Origin: a virus
Length of the DNA: 64,000 nucleotides
Strand: one strand, 5' to 3'
IMG/VR virus record: IMGVR_UViG_3300025881_001243
Span: 3,257 to 67,256 of that record
How positions within the stretch are numbered: position 1 is the stretch's first letter; the number at the start of each line of letters is the position of its first letter. Made by a program: the position numbers and the translations under genes. This document shows positions 29,347-39,179 of this stretch, in pieces. The notes below the pieces were generated by a model. It was given only the letters and a program-made list of their open reading frames with translations. It made no database searches and was not told the DNA's origin.

Positions 29347-29703
29347 ATGGAAAACTTACACACATTTGAATCCCTTAATGAAGCTAAGAAATTAGACACT
29401 ATTAAAAAACAAGTTTTGGATTTTGCTGAAAAGAACGGTAAATCTAAATGGGGAGACTTACAAAAACATATCTTAACTCTTAAAGGATTAGATCCAAAAG
29501 ATAGAGATAACCGCGGTCAATTTTCATCTTATTTTTCAGGAGGCTCTTCATGGCAATCAAAAGGAAAGGATACTAAATTAGGAAGAGACGCAAACTCACA
29601 CGGTTTATTAATGAGACCTACTAAAAAAGATCCTCGTTACCTAGAGAAGGATGGCAATGAATATGTTGTAAAGGTATGGGACGGTAAATCTAAATTATCA
29701 TAA
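29347..29703 (+). CDS. putative internal head protein (CTS-like)
   Basis: MENLHTFESLNEA start. Confidence 0.6.
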   Translation: MENLHTFESLNEAKKLDTIKKQVLDFAEKNGKSKWGDLQKHILTLKGLDPKDRDNRGQFSSYFSGGSSWQSKGKDTKLGRDANSHGLLMRPTKKDPRYLEKDGNEYVVKVWDGKSKLS

Positions 29704-29704
29704 T

Positions 29705-30031
29705 ATGAAAAACTTTAATGAATTTATAAATGAAGCGGTAAACTACAAAGATCGTAGTGGTAAGCCATTTAAGATAAAGGGTATTGATTTTGTTTATACT
29801 GAACAGGGTGGTAGGTTTTATGGAACTTCATTATATGATGTAGCAAAAACTGCAAATGTAAATAAAAGATCTAAGATAGATTATGAAGATTCTAAAAAAC
29901 TATTAAAGTCATTAGGCATCAGAGAAGAATTGCCTAGATCTTATGGACCAGGTACTTTAGATAAAATATGTAAAGAATTAAAAAAGAAAGGCATCGTTTG
30001 TGATCATGGAGATTACATGGATGTATCCTAA
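29705..30031 (+). CDS. putative internal head protein (CTS-like)
   Basis: MKNFNEFINEA start. Confidence 0.6.
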   Translation: MKNFNEFINEAVNYKDRSGKPFKIKGIDFVYTEQGGRFYGTSLYDVAKTANVNKRSKIDYEDSKKLLKSLGIREELPRSYGPGTLDKICKELKKKGIVCDHGDYMDVS

Positions 30032-30057
30032 ATATATAAAAAAATTAATCTAAACAT

Positions 30058-30876
30058 ATGAAATATATTAAAGACTTCGATACAATTATCGAAAGTAAAT
30101 CAAACGATAACCTAAACGAAGGTTCTAAGTTAATAGATGAAAAAACTGGAAAAGTTGTTAAATTACCTTATAAGACTAAAGACTTTAGAGGAGATGCAAT
30201 TACAGTTAAAGGTTTTACCGACCCGCACAAATCAAGCTCAAGCGGTAGAATACAAACAGACAAAGGAGAATTCTTTCCTGGTGTTGCAGGGGTTAAGATT
30301 ATAGGACATCAATTTGAATCTATGAATGAAGCTAAATTCGTAAGTTCATATGATACAGAAGTAAATGATGCTGAAACTAAAAAAGAAATAAAGAAAATTT
30401 ATCCAAATGCAAAATTCTTTATTGGTAAACATTCACACTTCTTTGGAGAACTCGAACCAAACCTTTTCTTTAAAGCTTATTATGCTAAAGAAATAGAATA
30501 TGATACTGGTGAAGCGATTAAAGGTGATTTTAAAATCACTTCAGTTTATTCTAAGAAAGGAAGCAACTATGTAGAATTAATGAAAGAATCATTAGTTACT
30601 GAAGCTAAGAAATTTAAGCCTGGTGATAAATGGTCAAGTGATTTTGATTATGAAGGTATGTTAAAGTATGCATTAAAAGTAAATGAGAAAACTCCTATTA
30701 AGATGTTGAATAAATTATTTGACTCTGCTACTGATGTAAACTATCATACACCTTTTAGAAACTTAGGTATTGCAATCGATTGGATTGAAGATGGTGATAA
30801 GAAAGGTGCTAAGGATTACATAAAGAACTTTCATGATGACATTAAGGAAGAAATGAAAGATCAAGGAATAAAATAA
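30058..30876 (+). CDS. modular putative internal head polyprotein
   Basis: MKYIKDFDTIIES start; NLNEG, ESMNEA and ESLVTEA sites. Confidence 0.6.
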   Translation: MKYIKDFDTIIESKSNDNLNEGSKLIDEKTGKVVKLPYKTKDFRGDAITVKGFTDPHKSSSSGRIQTDKGEFFPGVAGVKIIGHQFESMNEAKFVSSYDTEVNDAETKKEIKKIYPNAKFFIGKHSHFFGELEPNLFFKAYYAKEIEYDTGEAIKGDFKITSVYSKKGSNYVELMKESLVTEAKKFKPGDKWSSDFDYEGMLKYALKVNEKTPIKMLNKLFDSATDVNYHTPFRNLGIAIDWIEDGDKKGAKDYIKNFHDDIKEEMKDQGIK

Positions 30877-30881
30877 GAACT

Positions 30882-32093
30882 ATGAAATATTTTAAAACTC
30901 ATTCTGAATTTTTAAATGAAGCTAAATTATCTGCTATTCATAAAGCTGCAAAGAAAGGAAGTTATCCTGTAACTGTGGTGGTAGTAAGTAATGGTTCAGT
31001 TACTAAACAAGAAATAGTTAATACTCCTGCGGCAGTACCTGCTGTATTTAATGAATTACAAAAAGAATATCCTGGTGCTACTATCAATATTGAATCTAAA
31101 ACCGGAGAAACCTTATTTGTAGAATCTGTAGTTAATGAAAAATTGGCAAGAGGTTTAAAACCATTATTAAAGACAGGGTCAACTATTACTAAAAAAGTTG
31201 GAGAAGATGCATTGCTAGATTTATCTGATAAGTTTGATAGAATAGATGATGAATATGCTGGAACTATAGCAAGTTGGTTAGACATGGCTATTGAATTAAT
31301 GCAAGATGGTTATGCAGGAGATGCTACTAAAAAATTAAAGCAATTTAATAAAGCATGTAAGGATGTTCTTAATGGAAAGGATGTTGGTTCAGCTTTTGAA
31401 TCAACAATTACCGAAGGTAAATTTACTAAGAGATCATTGATGAAAGCTATGAAAAAGGATGATGGTTTTATTCAACTAGGTAATGGTCAAGAATATGTTA
31501 TCTATAATCCTAATAACGGTAACCAAGATAATACTGATATGTGGGATGATAAAGTTATCTTTGCATTAGACCAAGACGGCGAAGAGCATGAAATTAAATA
31601 TTCTGATATTGTAAGCTACAATGAAAGTCGTAAAATAAATCTTAAAGCTGCTCATCTATCTTCTGAAGAATATCAAAAGGCAAAAAAGCTTAAAGACTTT
31701 GATAAAGAAGATTGGGAATGGAATTCTAAATCTGGTCTTTATGATAGAGTTAATGAAGCAACAGATTTAAATGATCCTGTATTAGTATCATATAGAGCTA
31801 CGAGAAAAACTTTACCTAAATTTAAACCTACTAAAGCAAAATCACGTAGGTTAAGTTTTGATAAGTATATGGATTTATTAGATGCCAGGCTTGACATAGA
31901 TCAACAGATTAAAGATTTACGTGATGAAATGTCTCAAACACTTAGAGACATGGAACAAGAAGCTGAACCAGAAGGTGGTGAAATTGCTGATGAGTATGGT
32001 TCTACTATGATGAAGCAAGAAAAAGAATATGCTAAACTAATGGCCAAGAAGGATAAGATCATGGCTAGAATTGACAAACACAGAATGGCTTAA
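30882..32093 (+). CDS. modular putative internal head polyprotein
   Basis: MKYFKTHSEFLNEA start; ESVVNEK, ESTITEG and RVNEA sites. Confidence 0.6.
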   Translation: MKYFKTHSEFLNEAKLSAIHKAAKKGSYPVTVVVVSNGSVTKQEIVNTPAAVPAVFNELQKEYPGATINIESKTGETLFVESVVNEKLARGLKPLLKTGSTITKKVGEDALLDLSDKFDRIDDEYAGTIASWLDMAIELMQDGYAGDATKKLKQFNKACKDVLNGKDVGSAFESTITEGKFTKRSLMKAMKKDDGFIQLGNGQEYVIYNPNNGNQDNTDMWDDKVIFALDQDGEEHEIKYSDIVSYNESRKINLKAAHLSSEEYQKAKKLKDFDKEDWEWNSKSGLYDRVNEATDLNDPVLVSYRATRKTLPKFKPTKAKSRRLSFDKYMDLLDARLDIDQQIKDLRDEMSQTLRDMEQEAEPEGGEIADEYGSTMMKQEKEYAKLMAKKDKIMARIDKHRMA

Positions 32094-32095
32094 CT

Positions 32096-32866
32096 ATGAA
32101 ATATTTTAAAACATACGAAGGATTTAAAAAGGACTATATGAAAAAGATAGACCTTAAAGATTTTAAGAAAATCAAAAAAGGTTCTAAGATTTTATATATG
32201 GGCGGACCCGTAGAAGTACTTGACAATAATGGCTATGTTTTAAAACTAAAAGGTAAAGATGGTAAAACCTTTATGGTTAATAAATCTCAATTTGATCATG
32301 GTGGAATGATTAGAGAAGGTTGGGGTAAAGCACCTAACGCAGATAAAGCAATGAGAGATTTAAAAAAGAAAGGATCTGTAAATGAAGCAGTTTACATTCC
32401 TAGTAATATTGAAGAATTTGCTAAGAGGAAAGGAATATTACCTTTAGTAAAGAAAATAGGAAGATGGGCAGAAAAAGCCGGTAAAAGAATTAATGGTGGA
32501 ACTGCAATAGGTAAATATTATGATACTTTAATATTAGATCTAAAACACCAAGGTGGAGAGATTAGAGTTAACATTGATACTGACGAAGTAAAATTACACG
32601 GTACCGTTGTTACTGATCCTAAATCTTTTAAAAAGGCGTTAAAAGAATCTATTAATGAAGACATGGAAGGTGTTAAGAAAGATATCATGGATCATTGGTA
32701 TGAACTGTATGGAGAAAAGTTTATTAATAAATATCCTGCTGTTGCAAAAATCTTAAAGCAACGAAAAAATGTAGATGCCAGAGAACTTTCAAGAATCTGG
32801 GATGAAACATACGGAGAAGACTTCAAAGAAAAATATCCTGCCATGTGGGACAAGCTTTCTAAATAA
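32096..32866 (+). CDS. modular putative internal head polyprotein
   Basis: MKYFKTYEGF start; GSVNEA and ESINED sites. Confidence 0.6.
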   Translation: MKYFKTYEGFKKDYMKKIDLKDFKKIKKGSKILYMGGPVEVLDNNGYVLKLKGKDGKTFMVNKSQFDHGGMIREGWGKAPNADKAMRDLKKKGSVNEAVYIPSNIEEFAKRKGILPLVKKIGRWAEKAGKRINGGTAIGKYYDTLILDLKHQGGEIRVNIDTDEVKLHGTVVTDPKSFKKALKESINEDMEGVKKDIMDHWYELYGEKFINKYPAVAKILKQRKNVDARELSRIWDETYGEDFKEKYPAMWDKLSK

Positions 32867-32904
32867 CTCTGAACGCGGAGTAAATCAAAATAATTTATTG
32901 TTCA

Positions 32905-34053
32905 ATGAAACATTTAGTCATGACCTTAGTTGGTCTTTTTCTAGTTACTTGTGCATACTCTTACCCAGGGTGCATTGATCCTATAGCACTTAACTATGAT
33001 GAAGATGCAACCACAGATAACGGTACTTGTGTATATTCAGTTGGCCCAGATCCTATCATAATTGATTTAATTATATCTGAGGAAGAATGTCAAGTATTTG
33101 ATGCAGGAATTTTATCTTCATACTTTTACGAAGCGACTTTAGTAAATATAGGAACCGAAGCAGTTACATATTTTTGCCTTAGTGATTTTTTAGGTACTAC
33201 ATTTAATTGTTTTAATGGTGTTTCTAATTTAGCGGTTTGGATTCAACCTGGAGATACAATCACCGTGAGTGGGACGATTAATGGTGTGGGTACTTGGGTA
33301 GCAGGGCAAGGTAATTATTTTACAATTACAAGTGTACCTAATGAAATAATTACTGGTAATAATAACTTTGTATTTGATATGATTACTGGAGTTGACTGTC
33401 AACTTAATGAAGATGAGCCTTGTGATACTATTTATATTACAGAAACTGAGTTTTTAACAGACACTCTCTACATCACTCAAAATTTTACGGATACGATATA
33501 CCTTACAGAAACTGAGTTTTTAACAGACACTCTCTACATCACTCAAAATTTTACGGATACGATATACCTTACAGAAACTATCTACATCACTGACACCCTT
33601 TATATCACGGAATACGGCACAGACACACTATACTTGGACAACTTTATATACATTACAGACACACTTACTCAATATATTACAGAAGAAACTCTAATAGATT
33701 GCATAACAGGTTTACCTTGTATTGAGAATCCAGGTTACCCTTGTCTAGGAGAAGAAAGTATATATGTACCTAATACATTTACACCTAATAACGATGGAGT
33801 AAATGATGTATGGAAAATTATATATGATTTAAATTGTTGGGAAAACATAGAATTTAAAATCTTTAATAGATGGGGGCAAAATATTTATGTTGGGAATGCT
33901 AATGACTTTGAAGATTACCCCTTTTGGGACGGGAGTGTAAATAATGGAAGTTATTTAGTATCTGATGGTGTTTACTATTATGAAGTAAAAGGTAAAAAGG
34001 TTGATTCTCCTGTCATAGTTCAAGAAGCTGGACACATTACAGTATTCCGATGA
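32905..34053 (+). CDS. secreted protein with gliding-motility-associated (CHU_C / T9SS type B) C-terminal domain
   Basis: Signal peptide, GC.DP.ALNYD..AT.DNG.C.Y repeat, DTxY repeats, IYVPNTFTPNNDGVND, IFNRWG, WDG, DGVYYY, GHITVFR. Confidence 0.8.
   Translation: MKHLVMTLVGLFLVTCAYSYPGCIDPIALNYDEDATTDNGTCVYSVGPDPIIIDLIISEEECQVFDAGILSSYFYEATLVNIGTEAVTYFCLSDFLGTTFNCFNGVSNLAVWIQPGDTITVSGTINGVGTWVAGQGNYFTITSVPNEIITGNNNFVFDMITGVDCQLNEDEPCDTIYITETEFLTDTLYITQNFTDTIYLTETEFLTDTLYITQNFTDTIYLTETIYITDTLYITEYGTDTLYLDNFIYITDTLTQYITEETLIDCITGLPCIENPGYPCLGEESIYVPNTFTPNNDGVNDVWKIIYDLNCWENIEFKIFNRWGQNIYVGNANDFEDYPFWDGSVNNGSYLVSDGVYYYEVKGKKVDSPVIVQEAGHITVFR
33437..33579 (+). repeat. perfect 66-bp tandem duplication within the CDS
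   Basis: Unit ttacagaaactgag...gatatacc starts at 33437 and 33503, with a partial copy at 33569. Confidence 0.9.
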
Positions 34054-34122
34054 TTAATAATTTGTTAACAATTAGTTAACACTAAAAAGAGAAACTATAG
34101 CCTTTTTTACCATAAATAATAT

Positions 34123-34203
34123 ATGGAGCAACAAAATAAACAAGACATAAGTTCAGTTTTATACATCACTATCATGGTGGTAGTTTTCATACTTTCAGTT
34201 TAA
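34123..34203 (+). CDS. micro membrane peptide (26 aa)
   Basis: MEQQNKQDISSVLYITIMVVVFILSV behind a promoter-like motif. Confidence 0.4.
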   Translation: MEQQNKQDISSVLYITIMVVVFILSV

Positions 34204-34248
34204 TTTCTTAAACTTTTTTAGTTTTTTACATATAATAATAAATCATTT

Positions 34249-34476
34249 ATGTTTAGACTAATAAGACGCTGGTTTACGCCTTCTTACACAAATTTAGTAA
34301 AATTTGAATATTCACCAAAAGGGTTTCAAAAAGCCAAGAGGTGGGCCAAGGTGAGACCGCACCCCTTTTTAATCAATCTAAATTTGTGGGATTATGTCAA
34401 TAGCGAATTCATAGATTCTGAACATAAATTAGCAGAAATAAATAAAAGAAAAGAAAATTATGAAAACAAAAAGTAA
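34249..34476 (+). CDS. hypothetical protein
   Basis: Follows an AAAC-N17-TATAAT motif. Confidence 0.55.
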   Translation: MFRLIRRWFTPSYTNLVKFEYSPKGFQKAKRWAKVRPHPFLINLNLWDYVNSEFIDSEHKLAEINKRKENYENKK

Positions 34477-34559
34477 GTATCTTCTAAACATAGAAGGTAA
34501 AAAAAGGTACAGAGGAAATACATGGTTAGGATTAATATTAAACGTAGTAAGAGGTAATC

Positions 34560-34745
34560 ATGATAGAAAAGGGCCTAAATCTAACTAAAGAAGATATTAT
34601 AGAAGCAAGAGATAGGGTAGAATTATTCTATAGCTTTATAGTAAATTATCTTATTCAACAACCAGTTTACAAATTAAATAAAGACTACGCTAAACATATA
34701 GATATAGCATTAGAAAGTTTAGCCAAAGCAAAAGAAGAAATATGA
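34560..34745 (+). CDS. hypothetical protein
   Basis: Overlaps the mgsA start. Confidence 0.5.
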   Translation: MIEKGLNLTKEDIIEARDRVELFYSFIVNYLIQQPVYKLNKDYAKHIDIALESLAKAKEEI

Positions 34746-35119
34746 AGATAGCAGTAATAGCTCATGACGGTAAGAAAGCTGATATGGTTTCTTTTGTTAT
34801 GAAAAGATTAGACTTTTTTAAAAATAAAAATGTTGAACTTGTAGGCACAGGCACAACGGGTACTATGATTGAACATGCAGGATTAAGAGTCGAGTTAGTA
34901 GCAAGTGGACCAATGGGTGGTGATGCCGAAATTGGTGCTATGGTTACTAAAGGTGAAGTTGATTGTGTACTCTTTTTTAGAGATCCGTTAGACAAGCATC
35001 CTCATGATGTAGATATTAGTATGTTAATGAGATTATGCGATGTTCATAACATTCCACTAGCAACGAATTATAAATCGGCACATATGTTGATTAAGTATTT
35101 TAAAAACAAATTAAATTAA
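34742..35119 (+). CDS. mgsA: methylglyoxal synthase
   Basis: IAVIAHD.KK, TGTTG, SGPMGGDAEIG, FFRDPL..HPHDVDI..L.RLCDVHNIPLATN motifs. Confidence 0.93.
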   Translation: MKIAVIAHDGKKADMVSFVMKRLDFFKNKNVELVGTGTTGTMIEHAGLRVELVASGPMGGDAEIGAMVTKGEVDCVLFFRDPLDKHPHDVDISMLMRLCDVHNIPLATNYKSAHMLIKYFKNKLN

Positions 35120-35120
35120 T

Positions 35121-35792
35121 ATGGATATAATTGAAAAAAATATAACACCAGATAAAGGTGATTGGGGAATTATTACATCACCTTCTTTAAAAGTAAACAA
35201 TAAAGAGATGAAGCCTAGATCATGGGTATGCGATGATTTTTATGAAGATCCTGATATGGTTAGAGAATATGCTTTATCACAAAGCTATTGGGCTGATGGG
35301 CATGGTGGTGTAGGCTGGAGAACACGTAAACAATTTATCTTTGATGGCGTTAAAGAAAAAATAGAATCCATTATGGGTATGGAAATTACTAACTGGGCTG
35401 AAACGTATTCTATATGTGGAGTATTTCAAGCAGGTTTTGGTAACAGTGATGGTATACCTCCCCAGGTATTTCATGCAGATTCACAAAAGTGGGCAGCAAT
35501 GGTATTTTTAACACCAGATGCACCCACATCAACAGGTACAAAAATTGTTAGAAATAAAATAACAAAGAAATACGATACCGAGGCGGTAGATAATATTACT
35601 GAGATCTTTGCTAACCAAGAAACATTCTGTGATCCTACTCCTTATGAAGACGTAGATACATTTGGTAATGTTTATAATAGAATGGTTATATTTGATGGTC
35701 ATTGTGCTCATACATCTATGGGTTACTTTGGAAGTAACTTTGCAAACGGTAGGCTTTGGCAAATGTTTTTCTTTGATGCAAAACAAAAATAA
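35121..35792 (+). CDS. 2OG-Fe(II) oxygenase-like protein (DUF6445-like)
   Basis: DDFYEDPD.VR, H.D, FLTPDAP..TGT, NVYNR.VIFDG..H motifs. Confidence 0.7.
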   Translation: MDIIEKNITPDKGDWGIITSPSLKVNNKEMKPRSWVCDDFYEDPDMVREYALSQSYWADGHGGVGWRTRKQFIFDGVKEKIESIMGMEITNWAETYSICGVFQAGFGNSDGIPPQVFHADSQKWAAMVFLTPDAPTSTGTKIVRNKITKKYDTEAVDNITEIFANQETFCDPTPYEDVDTFGNVYNRMVIFDGHCAHTSMGYFGSNFANGRLWQMFFFDAKQK

Positions 35793-35796
35793 AATT

Positions 35797-35961
35797 ATGA
35801 AAGAAAGAATTAAAAGAAACTTTTGGTATGTGCTTATGGTTAGTGGAATAGGTTTATTAGCATCTTCATTAATGCAAGGCGAAACTTTTGCTTGGCAAAT
35901 ACCATCTGCGTGTGGTTTAATTATTTTATCATTAATCATGGAGAGCGCAACTAATGAATGA
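35797..35961 (+). CDS. small two-TM protein
   Basis: Likely start MKERIKR at 35797. Confidence 0.5.
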   Translation: MKERIKRNFWYVLMVSGIGLLASSLMQGETFAWQIPSACGLIILSLIMESATNE

Positions 35962-36112
35962 TGGTTGGCATATTCAATATTTAAAAGATGAAGACCTCTG
36001 GTACTTAACAAAGCATGAAGTTGATAATGGTATAGTTTTTGAAGGATGGTATTATACATCTAACCAATTAATAGAAGATCTTTCCAGATATATAAACAAA
36101 TAAAGTACTACA

Positions 36113-36688
36113 GTGGCTAATATACCTACTTTTGAAAATTTTAATCATAACACAATGTTGGTTAATGAAACTTATGAAATATTAGAAGGTCAAATATCTC
36201 ATGATGAGTTATCTGAAATTTTAAACGAAGGCATCTTCTCATTTATTAAAGGTATCTTCTCTAATCCAAAAAAGAAAAGAGAATTAGATAAACTTGGTGA
36301 AGAATTATTTAAATTAAAAGTAGAGCTTCAAAAAATACAAATAGAAGAAGATCAAATAGATGTATTTAAAGATGAGGTGAAATCAAAAGGTAATGATTAT
36401 ACTTCAACAAAATCTAAGATAGATGTTGCAGATAAAGCTAAAGCCGCAAAGATACAAGCATTGAGAAAGAAAGAAGAAATTACTATTTCTAAAATGGATG
36501 CAATCGGAGAAGGAAATGATAAACTAACTAAATATGTTAATAAAGTAAAGTTAGAAATTAGAATCCGAGCCAACGATGCTATTATAAAACTTGCGGATGA
36601 TGAAATAGCAAGAGTCTTAAAACAGATGCAGAAGAAAGATGCTAAAGAAATTAAAATCCTGGATAAAGAATTGGCTAAAGCCGCGTAA
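36113..36688 (+). CDS. putative internal head protein (CTS-like), coiled-coil
   Basis: GTG start, MANIPTFENF...LVNE, ILNEG; GATATATAA upstream. Confidence 0.55.
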   Translation: MANIPTFENFNHNTMLVNETYEILEGQISHDELSEILNEGIFSFIKGIFSNPKKKRELDKLGEELFKLKVELQKIQIEEDQIDVFKDEVKSKGNDYTSTKSKIDVADKAKAAKIQALRKKEEITISKMDAIGEGNDKLTKYVNKVKLEIRIRANDAIIKLADDEIARVLKQMQKKDAKEIKILDKELAKAA

Positions 36689-36744
36689 AGCAAATAGAGT
36701 TGATGAATGGGATAATTGGTACCCAGATAATGATTTAGATTAAT

Positions 36745-37092
36745 ATGGCAAATTTTGAAAATAGACCTTGGGGTAGGTTTGATATTCTACTAGATACTCC
36801 TAAATGCAAAGTAAAAATAATTGAAGTAAAACCTAATCAAAGGCTAAGCTATCAATATCATAAACACAGAGCAGAGAGATGGGTTGTGGTTGAAGGTACA
36901 TTAACAGTTATACTTAATGACGTAGAGCATACCTTAAATTATGGAGACTTTATTGATATACCTAAAGGTGATAAACATCGTGCTTGGAATAAAACGGAAA
37001 ACCCTACAAAGTTTATAGAAACGCAAATCGGAACCTACTTTGGTGAAGATGACATAGTTAGAGTATCAGATGACTATAATAGAACAGTATGA
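36745..37092 (+). CDS. mannose-6-phosphate isomerase type II C-terminal cupin
   Basis: RPWG.F, LSYQYHKHRAE.W, KHR, FIETQ.G.YFGEDDIVR..DDY.R motifs. Confidence 0.88.
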   Translation: MANFENRPWGRFDILLDTPKCKVKIIEVKPNQRLSYQYHKHRAERWVVVEGTLTVILNDVEHTLNYGDFIDIPKGDKHRAWNKTENPTKFIETQIGTYFGEDDIVRVSDDYNRTV

Positions 37093-37310
37093 AATTTAGA
37101 TCAGGTAAGTATAAAGGAGTTGATGTAGAAACAGTTAAAAGAATGGCTCCTTGGTATATTCAATGGGTACGTGAAAACAGACCAGAGATGTTAAGAGCTT
37201 CTAAACAACCACATCCAAAACCTTATAAAAAACCGGTATATGTAGATCCACCAGATATACCAAAGGCTGGAGCAATAAAGCCTAACTACGATTTTGACAA
37301 TATGTTTTAA
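37089..37310 (+). CDS. hypothetical protein (ExoX C-terminal-like)
   Basis: M.F..GKYKG...P.YI.W motif. Confidence 0.5.
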   Translation: MKFRSGKYKGVDVETVKRMAPWYIQWVRENRPEMLRASKQPHPKPYKKPVYVDPPDIPKAGAIKPNYDFDNMF

Positions 37311-37341
37311 TTGACAATATATAAATCAAATAATCTGTGTA

Positions 37342-37590
37342 ATGAAATACATTCAAACTCTAAATGAAATGAATACAGCTGGGTATGGTAACGATCCTAA
37401 GAAACCTAAAGCTATCGATAAGGTAGAGATTAGAGTTGCAAATTGGAGAGATGGTTTAAAGAAAGGCTGGACTCCAACTACACAGTATAGCCCAAGGCTC
37501 GCAAAGCTAAGAAAGCAATGGGAAGATGTAATTGAAAAGCATAAAGACCAATGGCAACCAAAGTATAATTTTGGTGATCTCTTAGCATAA
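37342..37590 (+). CDS. putative internal head protein (CTS-like)
   Basis: MKYIQTLNEM start. Confidence 0.5.
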   Translation: MKYIQTLNEMNTAGYGNDPKKPKAIDKVEIRVANWRDGLKKGWTPTTQYSPRLAKLRKQWEDVIEKHKDQWQPKYNFGDLLA

Positions 37591-37608
37591 TAACTAAATC
37601 ATAACAAT

Positions 37609-38409
37609 ATGAAAACTCTATTTAAACTAATCTGCATAATAGTCTTAACTCTATCAGTAAATAGTTGTGGAGTAGGATGGCAAATCAATTCATATAATCC
37701 AGACTATGTTGATGAGAATTACCAAATAGAAGAGATAAACACAGTAAGCCAATTGCAATGGAAACTTCAAACGGATTGGGTCTTTGCTAATAACTATTAC
37801 TTATACTTACAAAGGCAAAATTACTCTTTCTTCCATAATCAATTTTACAATAATAGACTATATAGATATGGATGGCAAAGTCCACATAATTATTGGATGA
37901 ATTGGCAATGGAGTTATCCACACAGATGGTCAATTTTTGGATACGACAGATGGGGATATAATGTCTATAGTTGGAACGCTTGGAATCAGTATCCTTTCTA
38001 CGGAAATTGGAATACAAATTACTGGTGGAACTATCAAAACAATCATCCATACTATTCTCATATTTATGGACCAAGAACTAGTTATTTAGGTAATGTATAT
38101 GGTAGGAGAGGTTTCTCAAATACCAATAGAATCAGTACTTCAAGAATAGGAAGATCATCAACCACTAAACCACACAGAAACACTAATCCTGTAGTTAATA
38201 ATAAACCGGTAATAAATACAAAACCACCAATTAGAACTAGACCGAAAGATGATATTAGAACTCTATATCCTTCTGGTTTTATTAACTCTAATCCAACTAC
38301 TAGACCTAACAATCCTAGACCTACAACTAGACCAGTAAACACAAAACCTCCAGTTAGAACTAAGTCCACAGTTCCACAAAGATCTAATAGAAGAGGCGGC
38401 AATAAATAG
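37609..38409 (+). CDS. lipoprotein with aromatic-rich middle and R/P/N-rich tail
   Basis: Lipobox VNSC after a hydrophobic signal; W/Y/N-rich region. Confidence 0.7.
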   Translation: MKTLFKLICIIVLTLSVNSCGVGWQINSYNPDYVDENYQIEEINTVSQLQWKLQTDWVFANNYYLYLQRQNYSFFHNQFYNNRLYRYGWQSPHNYWMNWQWSYPHRWSIFGYDRWGYNVYSWNAWNQYPFYGNWNTNYWWNYQNNHPYYSHIYGPRTSYLGNVYGRRGFSNTNRISTSRIGRSSTTKPHRNTNPVVNNKPVINTKPPIRTRPKDDIRTLYPSGFINSNPTTRPNNPRPTTRPVNTKPPVRTKSTVPQRSNRRGGNK

Positions 38410-39080
38410 GATTCAATCTAAACAATCAAAACAATCAAAGGTCAGCACACTGGGCACACTAAACTAAACGAACATGCAATTCCCTAGAAAACCACAATTA
38501 CCCTCTAAACCACAAAGTGCTCAAATTTATTGGAATGATGAATGGAATCTATCTCAACCTCCAACTTCTCAAACAACCACTAAATAAGCAAGAACCCTAG
38601 TATATCCGCAAAGATATAGTTCTTCACAATAACCACAATCTATACTCAAAAAGATATAACGGATACTATAATAAACAACTCAACTATTGTAGATACCTAT
38701 ATAATCGCGTATACCAGTACTAGCATAGAATAGTCGTATCCAGGGTAGTAATCATTGGACTATCAGTATTTCCGTACCGGAGGTCTGATTGCTAATATCT
38801 GGCTACTGGTACTACGATCCAGAAGAGTTTGATATATACTAGCCGTTTTTTACTCTAATTCTATGTAATACCGCTATTTTCACTCAAAGTACTTACCGTA
38901 ATCAACTGACAAGTCTCACTGGTGCCCATGTTACCAGGAAGGAACCAAATCATTCGGCACATGCTACCTCCTGGACCTCCGCCTGAAACAAGAGCCTCTG
39001 AGTTACTAGTATATTGTGGATGTACAGTCTAGTATAGTAGATGTACAGTAGATAGGATTATCCCTGTAGTACACGAAGCC
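38410..39080. other. non-coding block with strong strand skew and CTAG/TAG-rich sequence
   Basis: No ORF in the track; C/A-rich 38410-38700, then more G-rich. Confidence 0.6.
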
Positions 39081-39158
39081 AGTTAGTAAACTTTTTTCAC
39101 TTAGAGAGAAAATAACTGCTCTAGAATTTTTTATTCCCAACAAATAGTATTATATTTA
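39081..39158 (+). promoter_or_regulatory. putative early promoter element, copy 4 (degenerate 5' part)
   Basis: TTAGAGAGAAAATAACTGC...TTTTTATTCCCAACAA...TATATTTA. Confidence 0.7.
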
Positions 39159-39179
39159 AATATAACAAATTACTACTAC

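Noticed and set aside
35529-36059. 176 aa minus-strand ORF and other antisense ORFs over well-supported + strand genes
   Set aside because: They overlap convincing + strand genes, have no motifs, and show typical antisense composition
36991-37000. AAAACGGAAA inside the cupin gene (also in ligase ~59240) as sRNA targets
   Set aside because: Mid-CDS and explainable by Lys-Thr-Glu or Asn-Gly-Lys codons; treated as background
38925-38985. SRP RNA-like GGAAGG motif
   Set aside because: Lacks the CAGG..GNRA..AGCAG helix-8 arrangement
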